DNA of 64,000 nucleotides from an uncultured Verrucomicrobiae bacterium (GTDB taxonomy: Bacteria > Verrucomicrobiota > Verrucomicrobiia > Chthoniobacterales > UBA10450). Below, one piece after another: positions 9,668 to 19,320 of this stretch. The notes below the pieces were generated by a model that was not told the origin of the DNA, ran no database searches, and saw nothing but the letters and a program-made list of their open reading frames with translations. The stretch covers positions 224,001-288,000 of the forward strand of contig CAVWPA010000003.1 in the NCBI GenBank assembly GCA_963756875.1. The letters are read 5' to 3'. The first letter of the stretch is position 1; each line of letters starts with the position of its first letter. A program made the position numbers and the translations under genes.

Positions 9668-10105
9668 ATGAGAACCAAGGAATTTCTCAGCAAACTCGAC
9701 CACGACCGGATCATCCGGGCGATCCGGGACGCAGAATCGAAAACCTCCGGACAGATCCGCGTTTTTATTCAGCGCGGAGAACTGGATGACGATCCGCTCC
9801 CCATAGCACAAAGGAAATTTCAACGGCTCGGTATGCACAAAACTCGCCAGCGTAACGCCGTTCTCATCTTTGTGGCGCCGCGCGCCCACAAATTTGCCGT
9901 GGTGGGCGACCAACGGATCCACGAAAAATGCGGCGACCCATTCTGGAAACGCCTCGTCGAGTCGATGGGTGCCCACTTCCGGGGCGAACAATTCAGCTCC
10001 GCGATCGTTGAAGCGATCGAGGAAACCGGCAGGGTATTGGCGGCCCATTTTCCAAAAGATCCGACATCGTCCAACGAGTTGCCGGATGAGATTATCGAGC
10101 AATAA
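9668..10105 (+). CDS. TPM-domain (DUF477-like) protein
   Basis: AESKTSGQIRV, TRQRNAVLIF, NELPDEI; usual third gene of the LemA operon. Confidence 0.88.
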   Translation: MRTKEFLSKLDHDRIIRAIRDAESKTSGQIRVFIQRGELDDDPLPIAQRKFQRLGMHKTRQRNAVLIFVAPRAHKFAVVGDQRIHEKCGDPFWKRLVESMGAHFRGEQFSSAIVEAIEETGRVLAAHFPKDPTSSNELPDEIIEQ

Positions 10106-10326
10106 CGCGGCATGCGCTTCCAGCGCATGTCCTATCGGCAGCCGCCTTCGTCTCAAGGCTTCGGCGTGCCATGGGATGCCGACGCGACGAAATCCGGCTT
10201 GCGTTTCCGGCCAACTACTGTTTATTTCCGCTTCGCAGCGAGTTTTTGAAGTTGCGCCGTTGGTCCCTGGGTTTCCGTCGCTGGACGTGAAGCCGCACTC
10301 GCCAGGGGGAACCCGGTGAAGAGAAA

Positions 10327-10406
10327 TGGAGTAGTAGAGTAATGGAGCAATGAGGTAGACGTGCTGTCTTTACAGCACTCCGATTCTCCAGCACTCCGTC
10401 ACTCCA
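10327..10406. repeat. Octamer (TGGAGTAA-like) inverted tandem repeat, copy 1
   Basis: TGGAGTAGTAGAGTAATGGAGCAATG facing CACTCC-type units; second copy at 28412-28475. Confidence 0.75.
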
Positions 10407-10421
10407 GGAAAGAAAGCAGTT

Positions 10422-11468
10422 ATGCCAATTCGTTACGGTCGTTTTGAAATGCCGAAAACCCTCACCAAGGATGAGGACACGGTCACAGAAACCTATGCCA
10501 AGTTCGTTGCCGAGCCGTTTGAAGCCGGATACGGCCACACCGTTGGCAATTCGCTCCGGCGCGTTCTGCTGTCGTCGCTGGAAGGCGCCGCCATCACCGC
10601 GGTAAAGATCACCGGCGCTCAGCACGAGTTCGCCACCCTGCCTGCGGTGGTCGAGGATGTGACCGACATCGTGTTGAACCTCAAGAAAGTGAAGTTCAAG
10701 GCCGATGACCACGAACCGAAAAAGCTTTCGATCAGCGTCAACAAGGAGGGGGAAGTAACCGCCGGCGACATTCAGACCGTGCAAGGCTACGAAGTGCTCA
10801 ACCCGAAGCAGCTGATCTGCACCCTCGACAAGAAACACAAATTCGACGCCGAGCTCGAAGTGCGCGTCGGCCGCGGCTTCGCCACCGGCGAGGAAAACAA
10901 ACGGACAGACCAGCCGATCGGGCTGATTCCAATCGATTCCATTTTTTCACCGGTGACGCGCGTCAAGTACGCCGTCGAGAATACACGAGTGGGTCAGCGC
11001 ACCGACTACGACAAGCTCATCCTTGAAGTCTGGACGGATGGCCGGTTGACGCCCGATGACGCTCTTCTCCAGGCGTCCGCCATCCTTCGCCATCACCTCG
11101 ATGTCTTCGTTAATTTCAACGAGGAGGTGATCGAGTTCGACGAGACGCCCGCCGGCGTGAGCGAAGAGAACATGAAGCTGAAGAAGCTGCTCAACATGAG
11201 TGTCAACGAGATCGAGCTGAGCGTGCGCGCTGCCAATTGCTTGAACAACGCGAACATCACAACCGTCGGCCAACTGGCGCAAAAGACCGAAGCCGAAATG
11301 CTCAAATACCGCAACTTTGGCAAGAAATCGCTCAACGAAATCAAGGACAAGCTGCAGCAGCTTGGGCTTGGCCTTGGCATGAAGTTCGAGGCTGGCCTGG
11401 TCGAAACTCCGGCCGGGGTCGACGGCGCAACCGCGAACGGTGCGGCGGCGAGTCCGGAAAGAAAGTAA
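10422..11468 (+). CDS. rpoA: DNA-directed RNA polymerase subunit alpha
   Basis: EPFEAGYGHTVGNSLRRVLLSS, ENTRVGQRTDYDKL, ELSVRAANCL, NFGKKSLNEI. Confidence 0.98.
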   Translation: MPIRYGRFEMPKTLTKDEDTVTETYAKFVAEPFEAGYGHTVGNSLRRVLLSSLEGAAITAVKITGAQHEFATLPAVVEDVTDIVLNLKKVKFKADDHEPKKLSISVNKEGEVTAGDIQTVQGYEVLNPKQLICTLDKKHKFDAELEVRVGRGFATGEENKRTDQPIGLIPIDSIFSPVTRVKYAVENTRVGQRTDYDKLILEVWTDGRLTPDDALLQASAILRHHLDVFVNFNEEVIEFDETPAGVSEENMKLKKLLNMSVNEIELSVRAANCLNNANITTVGQLAQKTEAEMLKYRNFGKKSLNEIKDKLQQLGLGLGMKFEAGLVETPAGVDGATANGAAASPERK

Positions 11469-11506
11469 CAATTCGTTAGCTAATTCGCTTCGCAACCGCG
11501 TTACCC

Positions 11507-12064
11507 ATGAGACACCAAAAGAAGACGGTGAAGCTTGGCCGCAAAGCTGAGCACCGCAAAGCCCTGCTTGCGAACCAGGTTTGCAGTCTGATCGCACATC
11601 AGCGCATCAAAACCACTCTGGCCAAGGCGAAAGCCGTTCGCCCGCTCGCGGAGCGAATGGTGACGCTCGGGAAAAACGGCTCGATCCATGCGCGCCGTAA
11701 CGCCTTATCGGTCTTGCGCCACAAAGATGCCGTTAAAAAATTGTTCGACGAGATCGCGCCAAGATCGACCGACAGAAATGGCGGGTACACGCGAATCGTG
11801 AAGCTCGGCCAGCGCAAAAGCGACTCCGCCTCGATGGCGTTTCTCGAATGGGTCGATGCTGCCCATGTGGTTGAAGAAAAACCGGCCGAAGAAAAGAAGG
11901 CGAAGCGTAAAGAGTCCGAGCCAAAACCGAAACAGCAGAAAGAGCCTGCTGCTCCCGAAAGGGAATCCAAGCCCGCAGCCGAAGAAGCTGCGCCGGCTCC
12001 GAAGGAAGAACCGAAGCCCAAAAAGCGGGGATGGTTCGGCAGAAAATCACGCGGCGAGAAATAA
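11507..12064 (+). CDS. rplQ: 50S ribosomal protein L17 with a K/E/P-rich C-terminal extension
   Basis: MRHQKK..KLGR, IKTTLAKAK, RNGGYTRIVK. Confidence 0.97.
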   Translation: MRHQKKTVKLGRKAEHRKALLANQVCSLIAHQRIKTTLAKAKAVRPLAERMVTLGKNGSIHARRNALSVLRHKDAVKKLFDEIAPRSTDRNGGYTRIVKLGQRKSDSASMAFLEWVDAAHVVEEKPAEEKKAKRKESEPKPKQQKEPAAPERESKPAAEEAAPAPKEEPKPKKRGWFGRKSRGEK

Positions 12065-12124
12065 TTGCAGGCGCCTCGCTCGGTCGAGACGTGCCGGTCA
12101 CGGCGACAGAGCGCCGTGGCTACA
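12065..12124. repeat. GTAG-type REP
   Basis: The reverse complement begins TGTAGCCACGGCGCTCTGTCGCCGTG, 26 nt identical to 34535-34560. Confidence 0.8.
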
Positions 12125-12554
12125 GGTCGACCAACCGCCAGTTTATTTTGCCATCGACAATTTCCAGCCACGCGACGCTCGCCGGCGCTCCGCGATTTGG
12201 GCGCGTCACGCAGCCGGGATTCAGAAACAAAACGCCCCTGCGTCGCTCATTCCGTGGAACGTGCGTATGACCATGCAAGACAACGCCAACATCCTCCGGC
12301 GGATTCTCCGGCGGAACATGTTGCAGCCGAAATCTGATTTCCGCGCGGACAAGATCGACGACAAGCGGCCACTCGAAATTGCTGTCGCAATTTCCACGCA
12401 CGACCACGACCGGTGGACCGATTGCGCGCAGTTCGTCCAAAATCCTTTCGGCACAGACATCCCCGAGGTGCCAGATTTCATCCGCCTCTTTCGCCATCGA
12501 TTCAATCCACTCAGGAAAGCGATCATGCGTATCGGCGATAACAAGAATTCTCAA
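12120..12554 (-). CDS. Metallophosphoesterase (YfcE/MJ0936 family)
   Basis: ADTH, HLGD, VRGNCD, HGHTH, LNPG motifs; TTG 12554 chosen because the longer ORF starts inside a repeat. Confidence 0.9.
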   Translation of the reverse strand: MRILVIADTHDRFPEWIESMAKEADEIWHLGDVCAERILDELRAIGPPVVVVRGNCDSNFEWPLVVDLVRAEIRFRLQHVPPENPPEDVGVVLHGHTHVPRNERRRGVLFLNPGCVTRPNRGAPASVAWLEIVDGKINWRLVDL

Positions 12555-12677
12555 AGCACCAAGCACCAAACCCAAACCCCAGGGAAACTTCAAGCTTCAA
12601 GCGCCCGGAGGCTCGTGCTTATTTGGTCATTGATGCTTGGAGCTTCCCTGGGATTTGGTGCTTGGAACTTGGAGCTT
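12554..12677. repeat. Heptamer (CCAAGCA/CCAAGCT-like) inverted tandem repeat element, copy A
   Basis: Left arm AAGCACCAAGCACCAAACCCAAACCCCAGGGAAAC, right arm is its approximate reverse complement. Confidence 0.85.
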
Positions 12678-12717
12678 ACCGCGTTGCGCACATTAACTCC
12701 CATCGTAAACTTCAGCC

Positions 12718-13935
12718 GTGTCATTTAATAATTTCGATCTTTCGCCGGAAGTCGTGCGCGGAACTCAGGCGATGGGGTTCATCGAACCGACCCCCATTCA
12801 ATTACGGGCGTTCCCAATCATTCTAGAAGGGAAGGATTTAATCGGCACGGCGCAGACCGGTACCGGCAAGACCGCGGCGTTCGCGCTACCCATTCTCACA
12901 TTGCTGTCGCGTCACGGAAAATTTCGCTGTCTTGTTCTTGAACCTACTCGCGAGCTGGCGGCGCAAGTGGAAACCGCGTTTCGCGATTACGGGCGTTTCA
13001 CGGATTTGCGAGTGACGGTCGTGCATGGCGGTGTCGGTTACGGGAAACAGCGCGAAGATCTCAAAAATGGCGTCGACATTGTTGCCGCGACACCAGGCCG
13101 GCTTCTCGATCATCTTCAGCAGCGCACGCTTCATTTTCGAGACGTAAATATTCTCGTGCTCGATGAAGTCGATCGGATGCTGGACATGGGATTTTTGCCG
13201 GACGTGCGCCGCATCGTCGAACAAATCTCGACGGACCGGCAAACGCTCCTTTTCTCCGCAACGTTGCCGCCGGAAATCGAACGGCTCGCCGCCTGGGTCC
13301 TGCGCGATCCGGTCACGGTCGAGATCGGGGTGCGGCGTTCCCCGGCAGACACCGTTACCCACGCGGTTTACCCGGTGGCGGCAGAACAAAAGTTCGATCT
13401 CCTGATTGCTTTACTGGAGCGGACAAACTTCGACAGCGTCCTGATTTTTTGCCGCACCAAACAAAATGCCGATCGTGTCGCGCACTCTCTAAAAAACGCG
13501 AAACATTCCGTCGCGGTGCTCCATTCGAACCGCACGCAGCGCGAGCGCATCGAGGCACTCGAAGGGTTCAAGTCCGGAAAATACGAAGTGATGGTCGCAA
13601 CGGACATCGCATCGCGCGGGCTCGATATCGCCGGCGTGAGTCACGTCATCAACTATGACGTCCCGGAACATCCGGAGGATTATGTGCATCGTATCGGCCG
13701 TACAGGTCGAGCCCAGAATGTGGGCGACGCTTTTACCCTCATGAACGGGGAGGAAGTCGCGGCGTTGCAGGCAATCGAACATTTTATCGGCCAGAAAATC
13801 CCCCGCCTTAAACTCGAAAATTTTCCGTATCTTTACACGGTCCTCTTCGAACCGGAATCCGCGACCGGAGGCAGACGCGCAATTGGCGGCGGCCGCTCGC
13901 ATCGCGGCTATTCCTACGGCCGAAGACGCAGGTAG
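12718..13935 (+). CDS. DEAD-box RNA helicase (RhlE-like)
   Basis: Q motif PTPIQ, AQTGTGKT, PTRELA, DEVD, SAT, HRIGRTGR. Confidence 0.95.
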   Translation: MSFNNFDLSPEVVRGTQAMGFIEPTPIQLRAFPIILEGKDLIGTAQTGTGKTAAFALPILTLLSRHGKFRCLVLEPTRELAAQVETAFRDYGRFTDLRVTVVHGGVGYGKQREDLKNGVDIVAATPGRLLDHLQQRTLHFRDVNILVLDEVDRMLDMGFLPDVRRIVEQISTDRQTLLFSATLPPEIERLAAWVLRDPVTVEIGVRRSPADTVTHAVYPVAAEQKFDLLIALLERTNFDSVLIFCRTKQNADRVAHSLKNAKHSVAVLHSNRTQRERIEALEGFKSGKYEVMVATDIASRGLDIAGVSHVINYDVPEHPEDYVHRIGRTGRAQNVGDAFTLMNGEEVAALQAIEHFIGQKIPRLKLENFPYLYTVLFEPESATGGRRAIGGGRSHRGYSYGRRRR

Positions 13936-13998
13936 GGACGTTTCTCCGAAACGTCCGACGAATTGCGGGTGGATGGGCTTCGCCGAAGACGATCCACC
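13931..13998. repeat. GTAG-type REP
   Basis: GGTAGGGACGTTTCTCCGAAACGTCC hairpin; related to 36128-36160, sharing GTCCGACGAAT. Confidence 0.7.
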
Positions 13999-14037
13999 GC
14001 CTTGTCATTCCTACAAAAGTCGAGCAACCTCGTGACG

Positions 14038-15441
14038 ATGAAATTCAGAATTGTCCTTTGTCTTCTTTCCATCTTCGCACTCACCGCTCGCGGGGAAAAA
14101 ATCGCGCTGGTCGGCGCGACCGTGATCAATCCGGCCGACGGCAAAGTCATGCCGAACGCGACCGTAGTAATCAATGGCCATACAATTGAAAGCGTTAGCA
14201 TGGGCAAGCAGAGCGCGGCAGCCTTGGGCCAGAAACAAATCGATTGTTCGGGCAAGTTCATCCTGCCCGGTTACATCGATACACACGTTCACTTCTTTCA
14301 ATCGGGCGATCTTTTCACGCGGCCGGATGTTGTCGATCTGACGAAAGTGCGTCCGTATGCGGATGAGGTCGGGTGGATCAAGTCGCACCTCAACGACACG
14401 TTCGCGCGTTATCTACGCAGCGGAATTACCTCCGTGGTCGATGTTGGCGGGCCGTTTTGGAATTTCGAGGTGCGGAAGCGCGCGAACTCAACCGCCAAAG
14501 CGCCGCGGGTCGCTGTCGCCGGGCCTTTGATCTCAAGCGTCTCGCGGCCGCAACTTGACCTCGGTGATCCGCCGATCGTCCAAATCGACACGCCCGACCA
14601 GGCGCGGGCTTTTGTGCGCAGACTGGCGGCTCAAAAACCCGATCTCGTTAAGATCTGGTATATCGTCAACAAAGACCACCCGGTTGACAGCTTTCGTCCA
14701 ATCGTGCGGGCGACGGTCGAGGAGAGCCATGCGCACAAATTGCGAGTGGCAGTGCATGCGACTGAGTTGGAAACGGCGCGCGCCGCGGTCGAAGAAGGCG
14801 CGGACATTCTCGTGCACAGCGTAGTCGACAAACCGGTCGACGAAGCATTCGTGAGGTTATTGAAAGATCGACACATCATTTTGTGTCCGACGCTGGTCGT
14901 CTTCGAGCGCTATGGCCGCACCTTTGCGAACAAGTTGAATCTGACCCCGGAAGAAAAGGCATGGGGCAATCCAGAAGTCATCGCGACGCTCGACGTGACC
15001 AAGCTCCCGCAGGACCAGGTGCCCGATCGAATCAAAACCGCGCTCGCCGACCCGAACGCCGTCCTCGACCACATCAAACAAACGTACGATGTCGCGCTCA
15101 AAAATCTGAAGGCGCTCGAAGATGCCGGCGTCACCATCGCAGCCGGCACCGACGCCGGAAACATCGGGACAATTCACGGCCCGGCGTTGTTTCGTGAGTT
15201 TCAATTGATGCGCGAAGCCGGCCTGACACCGATGCAGATTCTTCAGTGCACAACAGCGAACGCCGCGAAGCTCTTCGGCGGCGATACCGGAGCGCATATT
15301 GGCAAAATTGAAAAGGGCGACTTCGCCGATCTCGTAATCCTTAATTCGAACCCGCTCGACGACATCGCGCACGCCTCAGACATCGACAGTGTCGTAAAGA
15401 ACGGCGTGGTTTACGCTGCAAAATCGATTGTGCAGCCCTAG
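14038..15441 (+). CDS. Exported amidohydrolase family protein
   Basis: Signal peptide; LPGYIDTHVH, VAVHA, AGTDAGN, G.IEKGDFADLV. Confidence 0.9.
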   Translation: MKFRIVLCLLSIFALTARGEKIALVGATVINPADGKVMPNATVVINGHTIESVSMGKQSAAALGQKQIDCSGKFILPGYIDTHVHFFQSGDLFTRPDVVDLTKVRPYADEVGWIKSHLNDTFARYLRSGITSVVDVGGPFWNFEVRKRANSTAKAPRVAVAGPLISSVSRPQLDLGDPPIVQIDTPDQARAFVRRLAAQKPDLVKIWYIVNKDHPVDSFRPIVRATVEESHAHKLRVAVHATELETARAAVEEGADILVHSVVDKPVDEAFVRLLKDRHIILCPTLVVFERYGRTFANKLNLTPEEKAWGNPEVIATLDVTKLPQDQVPDRIKTALADPNAVLDHIKQTYDVALKNLKALEDAGVTIAAGTDAGNIGTIHGPALFREFQLMREAGLTPMQILQCTTANAAKLFGGDTGAHIGKIEKGDFADLVILNSNPLDDIAHASDIDSVVKNGVVYAAKSIVQP

Positions 15442-15497
15442 GCACACGCTGCAAAAAGAGTTGAACAGATGGCCGACCTACACGTCCATAAACTCCT

Positions 15498-17648
15498 ATG
15501 ACCATGAATCCTGTACCGTTTTCATTCATTGCGGCTTTCGCGCTTTGTTCCATCACTCTTGCCGGTTCCAAACCGGCCCCACAAACTCCGAAAAAACCGG
15601 TGATAAATGAATACCATGGAGTAAAAGTCGAGGACGATTACCAGTGGCTCGAGAACGATAACGATCCACACGTCAAAGCGTGGTCGAATGCGCAAAATCA
15701 GCGCACCCGCGCTTACCTGGACACAGTGCCGGACCGGCAAAGGATCGAGAAACAATTGACGGAGTGGTATGCCAAAACCTCGCCCAGCTACTTCAGCCTG
15801 GTCTCACGGCCGGGCATGCTGTTCGCGCTGAAATTTCAGCCGCCCAAGCAGCAGCCGATGCTGGTCACGCTGGCGTCGGCCAACGATTTGAAATCGGAAA
15901 GGATGGTGCTGGATCCTAACGCACTCGACACCAAAGGCACGACGGCGATCGATTGGTTTATGCCGTCGCGCGATGGCAAATACGTGGCCGTCTCGCTGTC
16001 AAAGGGCGGGAGCGAGGACGGGACGCTGCATATCTATGAAACCGCCACCGGCAAAGCGCTCCCAGACACGATCGCCCACGTGCAATTTCCGACCGCGGGC
16101 GGAAGTGCGGCCTGGAACGCGGATGGCACCGGCCTTTATTACACGCGCTTCCCTCGAAAAGGCGAGCGGCCGGACGCCGACTTGAATTTTTATCAGCAGA
16201 TCTATTTTCACAAACTCGGCGCGCCCGATACCAAAGACACCTACGCCATCGGCAAGGATTTTCCCCGCATTGCCGAGATCCAGTTGGCGGCGTCGCGCGA
16301 TGGAAAATACATTCTGGCGACCGTTGCCAACGGCGACGGCGGCGACTTTGCGCATTATCTGCTCGGCCCGGACGGAACCTGGAAGCAGATCACTCAATTC
16401 AGCGACCAAGTCAAAGTCGTGAGACTGGGGCGCGACAACGCTCTTTACCTCCTTTCCCGCGCTGACGCGTCACGCGGCAAGGTTTTGCGGCTGCCGATCG
16501 AGACACCGGAATTGGCAAACGCGACGGTGATCGTCCCGGCAGGCGACGCGGTCATCCAACAACTGGAACCGACCGGCGACGCGCTTTACGTCGAAGATCT
16601 GCTGGGCGGACCCTCACAGATCCGCCGGTTCGGTCTGGATGGCAAAGGTGAAACGATCATTCCCATCCCGAAGATTTCCGAAGTGTCGGAGATGGAATCT
16701 TTGGAAGACAATTCCTTGCTCTTCCGCAACGTCAGTTACACCGAGCCGGCGGCCTGGTTCCATTTGACCGCGGGAAAAACGGCGGCGGTCAAGACGGCGC
16801 TGGTCAACACGTCGCCCGTGTCGTTTGCGGACATTGAGGTCACGCGCGAGTTCGCGACTTCGAAGGACGGCACAAAAATTCCGCTCAACATCATCCGGAA
16901 AAAAGGAACCCGCCTTGACAGCAACAATCCCACGCTGCTTTACGGCTACGGCGGTTACGGCATTAGCATGCAGCCAAATTTCGATTTCACGAGACGACTC
17001 TGGTTCGACCGCGGGGGCGTCTATGTTGTGGCGAACATCCGCGGAGGGGGCGAGTTCGGCGAAGAGTGGCACAAGGCCGGCAACCTGACGCACAAGCAAA
17101 ACGTGTTCGATGATTTCGCCGCCGCCGCCGAGTATCTGATCAAACAAAAATGGACGAGTTCGAACAAGCTGGCCATCGTGGGCGGCAGCAATGGCGGTCT
17201 GCTCATGGGCGCGATGATCACGCAGCACCCTGACCTCATGCGCGCGGTCGTCTCGTTCGTTGGAATTTACGATATGCTGCGGGTTGAGCTCGCGCCCAAT
17301 GGTGCATTCAACACAACGGAGTTCGGGACGGTGAAAAATCCCGAGCAGTTCAAGGCGCTCTACGCGTACTCGCCTTATCATCACGTCGTCGATGGAACAA
17401 AATATCCTTCCATCCTGATGATGACTGGAGCGAACGACGGCCGCGTCGCGCCATACCATTCCCGCAAAATGGTCGCCCGACTCGACGAAGCTAACAAATC
17501 GAGCAACCCGACTTTGCTGCGGACCAGCACGAGCGCCGGGCACGGCATCGGCACCGCCTTGAGCGAGCGAATCAAACAGCAGGCAGACATGTACGCGTTT
17601 CTCTTCGCCCAATTAGGCACGTCCTCGAATCCGAAAGCCGGCGGCTAG
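15498..17648 (+). CDS. Prolyl oligopeptidase (S9A)
   Basis: DDYQWLE, SKDGTKIP, YGYGGY, GGSNGG nucleophile, DGRV, AGHG. Confidence 0.95.
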   Translation: MTMNPVPFSFIAAFALCSITLAGSKPAPQTPKKPVINEYHGVKVEDDYQWLENDNDPHVKAWSNAQNQRTRAYLDTVPDRQRIEKQLTEWYAKTSPSYFSLVSRPGMLFALKFQPPKQQPMLVTLASANDLKSERMVLDPNALDTKGTTAIDWFMPSRDGKYVAVSLSKGGSEDGTLHIYETATGKALPDTIAHVQFPTAGGSAAWNADGTGLYYTRFPRKGERPDADLNFYQQIYFHKLGAPDTKDTYAIGKDFPRIAEIQLAASRDGKYILATVANGDGGDFAHYLLGPDGTWKQITQFSDQVKVVRLGRDNALYLLSRADASRGKVLRLPIETPELANATVIVPAGDAVIQQLEPTGDALYVEDLLGGPSQIRRFGLDGKGETIIPIPKISEVSEMESLEDNSLLFRNVSYTEPAAWFHLTAGKTAAVKTALVNTSPVSFADIEVTREFATSKDGTKIPLNIIRKKGTRLDSNNPTLLYGYGGYGISMQPNFDFTRRLWFDRGGVYVVANIRGGGEFGEEWHKAGNLTHKQNVFDDFAAAAEYLIKQKWTSSNKLAIVGGSNGGLLMGAMITQHPDLMRAVVSFVGIYDMLRVELAPNGAFNTTEFGTVKNPEQFKALYAYSPYHHVVDGTKYPSILMMTGANDGRVAPYHSRKMVARLDEANKSSNPTLLRTSTSAGHGIGTALSERIKQQADMYAFLFAQLGTSSNPKAGG

Positions 17649-17726
17649 CCGGGCTTGATTCAGCAGGGGGGGCGCTGCGCTCTCGCGATTACTTGCAACA
17701 AGCGGGGCGTGCGGCCATCCTTTGGT

Positions 17727-18593
17727 ATGGCTAAGAAGCCCACAGAGTACGCGCATCCGGAGGCGCTGGTTGAGACGGATTGGCTCGAGAAGCATCTCAA
17801 GGACGAAGGCATCCGCATCGTGGAATCGAACGAAGATGTGCTGCTTTACGACACCGGGCACATCCCCAGGGCGGTGCATATCGATTGGCGGGCCGATCTG
17901 CAGGACCCAGTTATTCGCGATTATATTTCGCCGGGAAAATTTGCGCGGCTTTGCAGCCGGCACGGCATCACCCCTGAGACTACCTGCATCTTTTACGGTG
18001 ACAAAGCGAACTGGTGGGCCTGTTATGCGCTTTGGGCGTTTCGGCTTTTCGGACACGAGAAGGTCAAAATTTTGAACGGTGGCCGGGATAAATGGAAAGC
18101 AGATGGCCGCCCGATGACCCGCGACGTGTTCAAATATCAAAAGGCTAATTATCCGGTGCCGCGCAAACGCCACGACGAAAAGATTCGCGCCTTCGCCGAG
18201 CATGCGCTGGCCCAAAGCAAGAGCGGCAAGCCGCTGATCGACGTGCGTTCGCCAGGCGAATACAGGGGGGAGATTACGCACATGCCGGAGTATCCGCAGG
18301 AGGGGGTCCTGCGCGGCGGCCACATCCCGGGCGCCAAAAGCATGCCGTGGAAGATGGCCACGAACGATGACAGCACATTTAAACCGGCCGAAGAACTGGC
18401 AAAGATCTATATGGATTGCTGCGGGGTCAGCCGCGACAAAGACACGATCGTGTATTGCCGGATCGGCGAGCGGTCGAGCCATACCTGGTTCGTGCTCACC
18501 TATCTCCTCGGAGTCGACAATGTGCGTAACTATGACGGTTCATGGACCGAATGGGGCAACAAGGTCGGCGCCCCGATCGAAAAGAGCACGTGA
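17727..18593 (+). CDS. Two-domain sulfurtransferase (rhodanese, SseA/CysA-like)
   Basis: [28 protein letters not shown]. Confidence 0.93.
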   Translation: MAKKPTEYAHPEALVETDWLEKHLKDEGIRIVESNEDVLLYDTGHIPRAVHIDWRADLQDPVIRDYISPGKFARLCSRHGITPETTCIFYGDKANWWACYALWAFRLFGHEKVKILNGGRDKWKADGRPMTRDVFKYQKANYPVPRKRHDEKIRAFAEHALAQSKSGKPLIDVRSPGEYRGEITHMPEYPQEGVLRGGHIPGAKSMPWKMATNDDSTFKPAEELAKIYMDCCGVSRDKDTIVYCRIGERSSHTWFVLTYLLGVDNVRNYDGSWTEWGNKVGAPIEKST

Positions 18594-18610
18594 GCCTGGT
18601 TGGGAGGCTG

Positions 18611-18672
18611 TTGTAGAGCGGCTGTGTCAGCCGCCGAACTGATAGCCGGCGCTTGACGCAAGCGCCCTGCAA
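18611..18672. repeat. GTAG-type REP-like double hairpin
   Basis: TTGTAG...CTGCAA termini; GCGGCTG/CAGCCGC and GGCGCTTG/CAAGCGCC stems. Confidence 0.65.
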
Positions 18673-18744
18673 TTTGTTGGACCACAAGAATTAACGTAAT
18701 CCGTTTAAATCCGCGTGATTCGCGGTAAATTCCGATCACTGTCG

Positions 18745-19206
18745 ATGTACCCCAATAAGCTCAATAAGATCATTAGCCTCTTCGAGTCGCTCCCGGAAGA
18801 CGAGCGCCGCGAGACCCTCGTTTCCTACGCGGACAACGCAAAGAAACAAGAGCCGCGCGAGGACGAAAAATTCGATCTGGTCGATGTCCGTAAAGACGAA
18901 GATTGCATGGACACGGTCGGCGTCTATTTGCACGTCGATGAAAAAGGCAAGGCGCACATCCGCATGACCCTCGGCCCGGAAGTGCAGACGCTGACCCGCT
19001 CGATGACGGCAATTCTTTGCAAGGGGCTCGACGGCTGCACGCCTCGTGAGATTCTCGATCTCCCCAGCGATTTCGTGAACCGCATCGTGGGCGCGGAATT
19101 GGTGCGGATCCGCAGCCAGACGATTTTCTACGTGCTCACCCGGATCAAGGGCGTCTGCAAGGTGTGGCTCGATCGGCAGCGCATGGCTCAGGCACAGGTG
19201 GCGTAA
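18745..19206 (+). CDS. SufE family sulfur-acceptor protein
   Basis: Size, single candidate catalytic Cys (EDCMD), LDGCTPREIL; follows a sulfurtransferase. Confidence 0.75.
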   Translation: MYPNKLNKIISLFESLPEDERRETLVSYADNAKKQEPREDEKFDLVDVRKDEDCMDTVGVYLHVDEKGKAHIRMTLGPEVQTLTRSMTAILCKGLDGCTPREILDLPSDFVNRIVGAELVRIRSQTIFYVLTRIKGVCKVWLDRQRMAQAQVA

Positions 19207-19320
19207 ATTCTTCAGCCACGGGAGACCCTTCTCCCGCAAAAGCCGGCTCAGGATGATCGCGCAAGAATTCGCGATTCGCGCGTGAAGTTCCTCTGATTTG
19301 ATTTATCATCCCGCGCGCAG

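Noticed and set aside
12554..12677. Tandem repeats considered as a CRISPR array
   Set aside because: 7-8 nt period with inverted symmetry, no repeat-spacer structure and no cas genes.
18680..18730. Weak 9-nt periodic ATCCG(T/C) tract; also a GTTGA-type tract at about 41676-41722 and a CTCAGGATGA remnant at about 19220-19258
   Set aside because: Probably decayed repeats, but single, short and too degenerate to define from this window.
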